Assembly (NCBI GenBank): GCA_963713605.1
Contig: CAVQMO010000003.1
Coordinates: 96,001 to 160,000 of the forward strand
Source: an uncultured Nitrososphaerales archaeon
GTDB taxonomy: Archaea > Thermoproteota > Nitrososphaeria > Nitrososphaerales > Nitrososphaeraceae
DNA: 64,000 nucleotides
Direction: 5' to 3'
Shown here piece by piece: positions 56,138 through 64,000 of this stretch. A model generated the notes under the pieces. It was not told the DNA's origin. It searched no databases and saw nothing but the letters and a program-made list of their open reading frames with translations. Positions within the stretch are counted from its first letter, which is position 1; every line of letters begins with the position of its first letter. Position numbers and translations under genes: made by a program.

Positions 56138-57319
56138 TTGACACTCATATCTCCAACCAATGAAAATGCAAGTCATCTAATAGGGATTTATTCAAACTTA
56201 GGTGAAGAGCTCGATGATGCCTTTCGTTTTCTTAAGCCCGCTCTGGAAAACAATGAAGCTATCCTTCTAATAATTGATGAAAGTTTGGATAGGAGCACAG
56301 TCTATAACCGAATGAAAGAGGAATGGAATATTAGTGCAGATGAAATAAATGCCCTCGAAAATAAAGGTGATTTAATAGTAGTAAGTTCTTCTCAGTGGTT
56401 TCAATCTGGCAAAGGACGAAGAACTCTAGATAGAGAGCTGATCGAACATTCATGGAATGAGCTAGTTACGAAATTGTCTAGGAACAGAAAAAGAGCGGTG
56501 AGAGCATTTGTAAGTACTTGTTTATTCTTTAGACTGGGAATGAAAGGAGAATTTCTAGAATTTGAATATCTAATTCCGCCCAAAATTGATTATCCACTAA
56601 TTGTAGTGTGTGCATATCAAACCTCCGATCTCTTAACCTATTTGACAAAGGAGGAGATTAGAAGCCTATGCTCATGTCATTCGTTGATATCTATATCTAA
56701 CCGCTATAACATCATTGATGACCCACCCAATAATGAACACATTCTTCTCTTGTACGATAATGAGGATGAGCGAGATAAACTCGCTACAAAGTACATCAAC
56801 GAGGGATTAAAACGTGGACAGCTTTGTGTATATGCCAGTGTTATGAACCCTGACAGCAGAACTCTAAATGACACATTAAAGTCAAGAATTTTAGACCTTG
56901 ATAACAATATAAAAGAAGGAAACTTGTTACTCGTTAAGTTATCGGAACACTATGTTGGAGTGTTGGCCGGTGATTTGGAACCATTTAATACGATGGAAAG
57001 GGAACTGACCGACCGAGCCAAAATCAGACAAGACAAACACGTGCGAATTGTAGCAGATTGCGCTGGTTTCTTGTACGAAAATAAACATTTTGACGAATGT
57101 GTAGAATTAGAGCAATGGTGGCATCAAAAGCCGTTCGAAGGATCCTATTTATGTCCTTTCCGAAATTCCTTATGTGATAAGTTTCCATATAACTATTATA
57201 AGTATAGAGTCTTTGGTAATCACGATGTCATAATCGATGAGCATGGATTGCTCATAGGGTGTTACATACCTCGTGCATCCACATCGATTAATTCAATTCT
57301 TCATTTGTCAGTTGCTTAA
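56138..57319 (+). CDS. tandem MEDS-domain protein
   Basis: Two repeats: H.I.IY...FL..AL...CAY and HILLLY...YINEGL..G..CVY...RIVAD...LCP. Confidence 0.8.
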   Translation: MTLISPTNENASHLIGIYSNLGEELDDAFRFLKPALENNEAILLIIDESLDRSTVYNRMKEEWNISADEINALENKGDLIVVSSSQWFQSGKGRRTLDRELIEHSWNELVTKLSRNRKRAVRAFVSTCLFFRLGMKGEFLEFEYLIPPKIDYPLIVVCAYQTSDLLTYLTKEEIRSLCSCHSLISISNRYNIIDDPPNNEHILLLYDNEDERDKLATKYINEGLKRGQLCVYASVMNPDSRTLNDTLKSRILDLDNNIKEGNLLLVKLSEHYVGVLAGDLEPFNTMERELTDRAKIRQDKHVRIVADCAGFLYENKHFDECVELEQWWHQKPFEGSYLCPFRNSLCDKFPYNYYKYRVFGNHDVIIDEHGLLIGCYIPRASTSINSILHLSVA

Positions 57320-57972
57320 ACTCTTTCCTAGACGCTGAAACCCTATGCGAATATTAATAAATATTAAGCTGATTCCTAAATTTATTAGCTAAAAAAGGTG
57401 AGGACGGATTAGGGTTAAGGAAATTACAACATACAGACAGCAATACCTTTATAATTTTATAATTAAATAATTTAATATTCTTAGTACAATTGTCTAAGAT
57501 AAAAAAGGGAGCAGATTATGCTGGAGACGAGATTAAGGGAGGTGCAAAAGTTTGTATTTGACAAACTAATAAAAGTCAGTATAGGGGGCCTTAAGACGCA
57601 TGTGTCTCCATTTGTGACCTTATCTAGGTTAAATGGTTACAACTTTTCGAAATATCCAAACTAACAATTCATACACCTTCTATGACACGCGGTAGCAAGA
57701 ATATGCACTAGGAATCACTGTCAGTTTTAATTTTAATTTTAATTTTATTAAGCCTAAGTTAAAAAGTTCTACTCCTTTTAACAACACAATTTCAAGGTTT
57801 AGCACTATCTCAAGTTAACAGAATCTCAACTCATTAGAAAATATAGAATCACTGACAAATGTCTTCATTGTCTGGAGGTATTAGCATAAACAGAGAACGA
57901 TGTGCAGCCTATCCAAATTGCTAAAGAATTGATGCCTGTATAGATATTTTGGGAGTTGCACTCGATAGTTGA

Positions 57973-59090
57973 CTATGGTGAACTTGATGTTCCTGTGGTT
58001 CCTGTGGTTCCTGAGTTGACACCATTGCCCCCTACATTGAGAATTTCTACTACATTCGCGAAGGAAATATCTGGCTCAGGTCCCCCGCCAATTACGTAGA
58101 TCTTGTCTCCTATATCAGCGGCTGCCAACCCATGTCTTGCAATTGGCATGGAAGGACCAGACGTCCATGAATCAGGTACTGGGACTGTATATTTCCGTAT
58201 TATCAAAAGTCTTCTCTGGAGCTTCTCCTCCGAATACATATATCTCTCCATTATTGGGAACTGTTGCAGCCAGCTATTCCTCCTCTAGCGGTTGGCATTG
58301 GTGTTTTTGCGGTCCATGTGTCAGTGTTTGGATCATATGCTTCGTTATTATCTATATTAGACGATTTGCCCTTTGGTCTTCCACCTATTACATATAAAAT
58401 ATCATCAACGACTCCTGATGCCATATGCTGTCTTGGTGTTGGCATGTTCGCTTTACTAGTCCATGTAGATGTAGCAGGATCATATGCCTCATTTACTGTC
58501 AATGGATTATTATCGTCTGTCCCGCCAACGGCATATAAGACATTACCTATGAATTGAGCGGTTAGTGCAGCTCTCGCAGTAGGCATTGGTTCCCCTTCTT
58601 GCCATGCATCAGTGGCAGGATCATATATGAACAATTTGTTTGACGGAATCTTGTTGTCCAGGTAGCCTCCCATAAGATAGATTTTACCATCCAGAGCTGC
58701 CGCAGCGGCGTGATTTAGATTGACAGGTACAGGTGCAGCAGTCGTCCATGTATCCGTTTTAGTGTCATACACTTCGACGCTATTCTTATTCCTTTTTCCA
58801 GTTTCGCCGTAACCAGCGATTATATAGATCTTGTCACCTATTGTGGTGTATGCAGATTCCATTTTTGGCGTTGGACTGCTTGCACCATTACTCCAAGCGG
58901 TAGAGGTAGAGGTAGAGGTAGAGGTTGGATTGGAAGATTCTCCAGTATTCCCCTCACTGCCAGTCGTAGCCAGAGCTGAGTTATATTTTGTCAACATATC
59001 TTTACCATATGAACCAGTAGTACTAGGCTCAACTATCAAAAAAAGAATCAACACTATAACAGTAATTGTCGTGATACTTGTTTTATTCAT
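57973..59090 (-). CDS. secreted Kelch-repeat protein (+1 frameshifts near 58272 and 58176)
   Basis: Six IY..GG...YD...W repeats once the two single-base insertions are removed. Confidence 0.9.
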
Positions 59091-59265
59091 ATCCGTATAT
59101 GCGACACATTAATGCAGTGACGGTTATAATTCCCTTTTGTTTTTTGTTCTTGAGATGTGTCGATACAATGATGATAAGGTGAGTAAATAACGTGTACTGA
59201 AATTTTTCTGGGAGAGAGAAAGCAGCGTTGTCATACCTTTAAATGGACGTACTTATAGACATTTA

Positions 59266-60387
59266 TTGAATGGGTTGATTGAGAATCAAGCAATAAAGCA
59301 CGTCCAAAGACAATCTATATCTAAATCAGTAACCTTTGCGGCAGCAGCATCATTATTATTATTGATTCCCTTCATTCTCCATATTTTACAGTTCATCTCT
59401 ATTCTGCCTGCCTATGGTATGACGCAGAAGATGAATATGTCTGAGACTGAAATTGGTACAGAGTTATATCATAATAGTGACATTATTTCTACACGTGGAC
59501 ATTTTAATTACCATTCAGCAGGACAATTGATTCAAGGTCATAATATAACAGATTATGCATATAGTAGTGATCTAGCTGATAATAACATCAGTAAAATATC
59601 AAATAAATTCACGTGTCCTCCAGAGAAGGAAATTGCTATTTACATTCATGGTGCTTGGTTGGATGAACAAGCAGCCAATGAGCAATTTAATAGAACCACT
59701 ATGTCACTAATCAGTAATAATTATATGATCCCTTTAATGGGTTTCAACTGGGACTCTAACACGCCAATAAATAAGGGCGGTTGGGAAATCGCAAAAAATA
59801 TAGCAGAAAAGAATGGACCCAAACTTGCACAATTTGTTCTTGATTTCAAGAATAAATGCATGGATACGGATATTAGGTTCATTGCCCATTCTCTGGGCGC
59901 AGAAGTAGTCAACAGTACTCTAGCAAGCTTGAGTAGTAATCAACAACGGGATGAAAAGAGTGGTTTGAATATAACATCAATACACCTGCTTGGTGCGGCT
60001 ATTGATAGAAGTTCAGTTGCAGCAAATACAACATTTGGGAAAACTATTGATAAGATGGTAGGTGATTTCTATAACTTACGCAATTCTGAAGATAACATGC
60101 TTGAGTATGTCTATAGATTTGTTGAGAAACGTGATGCACTTGGATTACTAGGAATATCCCACAGTATGCCTCTACCAAAGAATTACTTTGAACGAGAAGT
60201 AAACTCTGAAATACCCCCTATTCAAGACGTAGACGGAAATAGTAAACTTGATTGTTTTGATTTTTTTGTTATTTTGCCAGGGGACAACCATTGTGGATAT
60301 ATAGGCGCTAGAGGCCTTTCTCCATTTGAAACTATACCAAGAAATGATGGAGCAATAGATATAATAGTACAAGACTGGTCAGAGTAA
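59266..60387 (+). CDS. secreted alpha/beta hydrolase (paralogue of 33732)
   Basis: YIHGAW, NGPKLA, AHSLGA, IHLLGAA, GDNHCGY, NDGA. Confidence 0.85.
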   Translation: MNGLIENQAIKHVQRQSISKSVTFAAAASLLLLIPFILHILQFISILPAYGMTQKMNMSETEIGTELYHNSDIISTRGHFNYHSAGQLIQGHNITDYAYSSDLADNNISKISNKFTCPPEKEIAIYIHGAWLDEQAANEQFNRTTMSLISNNYMIPLMGFNWDSNTPINKGGWEIAKNIAEKNGPKLAQFVLDFKNKCMDTDIRFIAHSLGAEVVNSTLASLSSNQQRDEKSGLNITSIHLLGAAIDRSSVAANTTFGKTIDKMVGDFYNLRNSEDNMLEYVYRFVEKRDALGLLGISHSMPLPKNYFEREVNSEIPPIQDVDGNSKLDCFDFFVILPGDNHCGYIGARGLSPFETIPRNDGAIDIIVQDWSE

Positions 60388-60504
60388 TAATAACAATAAC
60401 AATAGCCGAGAACGGGTTTGTATTGGGTAATTAGTTTATTTTAGATCAAGAATAATAAAAAAATTCTGCAATTTGCTGCAGAATCATCGTAAATTGCTAA
60501 ACAC

Positions 60505-61320
60505 TCAGTTTTGACTTTCTGGCATTACAGTTCTTTGTATCTCTAGATCATAGATTCTTTGTAACATTGGGTGAATTTGAACGTGTACGATATCCATCAT
60601 AGCTTCAGGCAAGGCCTTTACATTGACCGCCTCTCCAAGTTTTTCAAGGCTGTTTTCCAATGTATCAAGGTTGGTGGTTTCATTGACAAGTGACCTTGGA
60701 CGTAGTTGAGTACTGAATTGGTCCTTAATATTACTGGAAAGAAGCTTAGCTGTTTCGTAGTCATCCATATTTACTAACACTAAGTTGCCATTAGTAATAT
60801 TTGTAGTTCTCATCATATCCATAGAATGAGAAGAACTATTATCCATTTTTCGCATCGTCATTATATCCATGTTCATCATATTTGACATATTGGTCATGTC
60901 ATATCCTACAGCAAAAGCGCTTCCGTATTTTCTTAAAATATCGTCAACTATATTTGCAACCACTAAAGCGAGAGTAGTAGAATTTTTTTGCCCTTGGTCG
61001 TATACTTGAGTAATATCTGATGATGGAGGATTGGTTTGCGTCATATTGCTTTCCAGATCTTTCATTAACTCGGCAGCATTTCTTGCATGTTCATGAGCTG
61101 AGAAATTCTCGTTAGACAGAAAACTATTAATTACAAGTTGCGTTTCAGTTTTTATTTGTTCGACTAATGTAACCAACGATGATTCATCTGTAGTAGAAAA
61201 GTCATGCGCATACGCTTTCCGACCATGACGGTTATCCTCAAGGCTCATATTCGCTGCCAATGATAAAGTCAAAAGGAATCCAAGAATGGCAACAACATTT
61301 TTGTTCACAAGCATGACCAT
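60505..61320 (-). CDS. secreted helical protein with Met-rich loop (candidate Cu-binding)
   Basis: AYA|HDF, HEH, MTNMSNMMNMDIMTMRKM...HSMDMM, VHVQIHP. Confidence 0.7.
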   Translation of the reverse strand: MVMLVNKNVVAILGFLLTLSLAANMSLEDNRHGRKAYAHDFSTTDESSLVTLVEQIKTETQLVINSFLSNENFSAHEHARNAAELMKDLESNMTQTNPPSSDITQVYDQGQKNSTTLALVVANIVDDILRKYGSAFAVGYDMTNMSNMMNMDIMTMRKMDNSSSHSMDMMRTTNITNGNLVLVNMDDYETAKLLSSNIKDQFSTQLRPRSLVNETTNLDTLENSLEKLGEAVNVKALPEAMMDIVHVQIHPMLQRIYDLEIQRTVMPESQN

Positions 61321-61545
61321 TACTTATCATTAATAAATTTGTTAACCGTTTGGCTGCTTATTGCGTTATCATGGATGAGATTCGTCTTGTTATTTGTATG
61401 TAAAGTCTAGATGTCATATGCTTGCACAAAGAGCACCAAACTTCATTCCCAAGTCCTGGTCTCTAATAATCCGCTATATCCTACCCCTCCCCTTATATTC
61501 TTCAATTCATATTCATTGTCAGGCACAGGGAAAACGGAAAGAGGC

Positions 61546-61878
61546 ATGCTACTCATTCAGTTATCAGATCTGCATATTGGAGGGACTTATTTCAAACAAG
61601 AAATATTTGATAATATCGTTTATGAAGTCAAAAATAAGTTAAAACCAGATGTAATACTAATAACAGGCGACTTAACTGATGAAGGGCTAAGACCATGGTT
61701 ATGGAATCTTGAAACTATGGACATCATCTATGCAGGAACCGCATCATCAACCAGATTTAGAGGATTCACCAAGAATACTTACAATATTCTAGATATTAGA
61801 AGTAACGGAAAAGTTATTATTGACCTGAAAATAGTTGGTGGCAAAAGAATTCCCCTTGTAAACATTACAAGGAAGTGA
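61546..61878 (+). pseudogene. metallophosphoesterase with in-frame internal deletion
   Basis: SDLH and ITGDLTD followed directly by RPW...AGT.SS.R.RG; GNHD and HxH motifs missing. Confidence 0.75.
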
Positions 61879-62417
61879 AAGGGAAACTGTATTTCGATTA
61901 AGAAGATTACCAATCATTCCTATTGAATTCTCAGCTGAAATTGGTGGCGAGGGATCTTAAATGCTTACTAATTTTTGCTACCTCATTTATAAGCAGCTCC
62001 CGTGTCTGAAAGGTAATGTGCCTTGAAGGTTAAAAGCACCTCATTTACCTACTATTACAAAACAATCAATTTCTTACATGACATACCTGTTTTAGGTTGG
62101 CTAGTACAACAATGAATATTACATAGGGTATAAAGCAGATAGCAGTACCTGTAGTCATCGGAGTACGACGTGATTTAGCATGCCGACGACATGGACGTAT
62201 AATTTTATGTGACAGCTCTGCTCCTGCTCTATAAAGGTACAAGTGTAGAATAATAGACTAGAATAATAATTAAGTAGAAAAATTGATTTTTCTAGTAAAG
62301 CCTTATCGTCAATAACTTGAATGAATATTTATAATCGAATGCAATCAATCATAGATTTAGTACTGTGCATGCATCCATATATATAATACAGATTCTTTGA
62401 TTCTGGTTGATTAAGAA

Positions 62418-63233
62418 ATGGAACTAGAAGGCAAACGTAGTAGTATATCATCCATGATAGCGGCATCAGTATTGGTCACGCTAATCACATTGAGCACACT
62501 GACAATAGGTACAGCAACACCCGCGACTGCACAACAAGGTGGTGGGACTCCTCCAGGAGCATCAACAAACGCAGCATGTGGACAAGTGGTAAGCGGAGTA
62601 GTAAATCTAACTGCAAATCTTAACTGCAATAGTGGAGATGGTATCATAGTAGGTGGTCCAAACACAGTAATTAACATGAATGGATTCTCAATCACAGGAC
62701 CTGGACAGGACAGCTCTAAAGTTGGGATTATGGTACCAAATGTTGATAATGTAGTAGTAAATGGACCTGGTTCACTCAGCAACTTCCAAGCAGGAGTACT
62801 TCTTACTGGAGCAAATGGATTTACGATTAATTCTGTCATACTATCTAACAACCAGATAGGTACATTTATGACAGGAGCTGAAAATGCACAAGTAAAACAA
62901 AACATCATACAGGGTAATAGTATAGGTGTAGCATCTCACTCAAGTACAGGTGGTGCTATAGACTCAAACCTTATGAATGGCAACTTGCTAGCAGGAATAA
63001 CATTTGTCAACACACAACAGTCCAGTGTAGGAATGAACAATGTAGTTGGAAGTCAGAATGGAGTATTTCTAGATGGACAGAGCAAACAGAATACAATATC
63101 AGCAAATAACGTACTTGAGAATGTAATTGACCTTAACAATGCAAACGGACTACCAACAAACATCAACGCAAATCAATATGTGGACAACAGCTGTCAGACA
63201 AGTAATCCAAGTGGTCTGTGTATAGGAAGGTAG
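62418..63233 (+). CDS. secreted right-handed beta-helix protein
   Basis: Signal peptide plus the same domain as 28864-29538. Confidence 0.88.
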   Translation: MELEGKRSSISSMIAASVLVTLITLSTLTIGTATPATAQQGGGTPPGASTNAACGQVVSGVVNLTANLNCNSGDGIIVGGPNTVINMNGFSITGPGQDSSKVGIMVPNVDNVVVNGPGSLSNFQAGVLLTGANGFTINSVILSNNQIGTFMTGAENAQVKQNIIQGNSIGVASHSSTGGAIDSNLMNGNLLAGITFVNTQQSSVGMNNVVGSQNGVFLDGQSKQNTISANNVLENVIDLNNANGLPTNINANQYVDNSCQTSNPSGLCIGR

Positions 63234-63255
63234 TAAAGGATAGCAAGAAGTAACC

Positions 63256-63305
63256 ATCGGCCGTTCTACGGTCGATAATGTTATTCCAAACACTACTTTT
63301 TTTTG
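63256..63305 (+). terminator. hairpin and T-tract after the beta-helix gene
   Basis: ATCGGCCGT-tct-ACGGTCGAT, with a T8 run about 20 nt downstream. Confidence 0.4.
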
Positions 63306-64000
63306 CTTAGTTGAACCTCTCATATTTTTGAACTTTAAATCAGTTGACCCTGATCGTCATAAGAACGCCGTCTTTGTCTTTATCTTGGGATGCTCTATTT
63401 ACTATCTTAATGACTATCGTTTTCTGCATTTTTATTTGGTATCTTTATTGTCCTTTTATGCAGTATTACGAAAAAATTAAAACTTCAAACAAGGTCAATG
63501 TCAATTATTCACATACGAATTCTTTGTTCTTTATCCAACATTCAAATATTTAGGTAGAGAATGATCATATTAAGGGAAATCCCTGTGTGTAGATCAAATT
63601 GGCTGCGATCAATGCGATAACGACACTTCTATCACTCTAGGTCGCAATATTTTTTCAAGAAATATTTACTGATTTGAATCATGGTATTGTGATGATTAAT
63701 CTATTAGCATCATCCTACTACAACTAACTATCTCGATAGCATATTTGTTCATCACTACAATTACTTACTCATGAATACTTATTAAGCAGAAATATTTTTA
63801 TCTCAAAAATAGTTTCAAATTTCAGATCCTAACAATTTGATGGTTGTCTCTGCTTCTACTCTTAGTTCTTAAGACGTGACTACAACACGGACACCTGGTC
63901 CCTTCGTACTTTATGAACAAACTACATTCAGTGCACCTTTTGAATCCCATGCTGTAACGAGAAATCATGCCCCCTCCTGAAGTCAGAAATTGATTACAAA

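Noticed and set aside
28864..63233. Diversity-generating retroelement template/variable repeat pair
   Set aside because: No reverse transcriptase in the window and no adenine-specific mismatches between the copies.
16000..64000. Integron-like cassette array among the many small accessory genes
   Set aside because: No recurring attC-like site between genes, and orientations are mixed.

Overview
AT-rich archaeal DNA. The gene families (archaeal ATP-dependent ligase, TFB, PolB2, KYRSR-type wHTH, MEDS, F420-dependent enzymes, many secreted paralogues) point to a soil ammonia-oxidising archaeon of the Nitrososphaeraceae; this is an inference from family content. Layout: (1) 1-7.4 kb: DNA ligase, TFB pseudogene, PolB2 and a voltage-gated cation channel with a TLEGWVN filter. 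(2) ~7.9-15.9 kb: a compact integrated mobile element encoding a tyrosine integrase, an RHH protein, an AAA+ replication-type ATPase whose 3' region carries two ATTATTCG-N12-CGAATAAT palindromes, a stand-alone Topo VI-A-like (Mini-A-type) protein, and decayed defence-gene fragments (PD-(D/E)XK nuclease, AlbA/Schlafen, hsdM). (3) 16-64 kb: an accessory region of duplicated and shuffled secreted-protein genes, oxidoreductases, an orphan SPPY DNA methyltransferase, UbiD, a sensor kinase, a divergent RHH pair with a MEDS protein, and three copies of a small secreted two-Cys Gln/Asn-rich protein. About 15 otherwise intact genes are split by single-base indels. Nine +1 insertions sit at GTAC or AGCT, which suggests methylation-induced long-read errors rather than true pseudogenes. 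I found no tRNA, rRNA or CRISPR array. All calls come from manual motif reading; no database searches were run.
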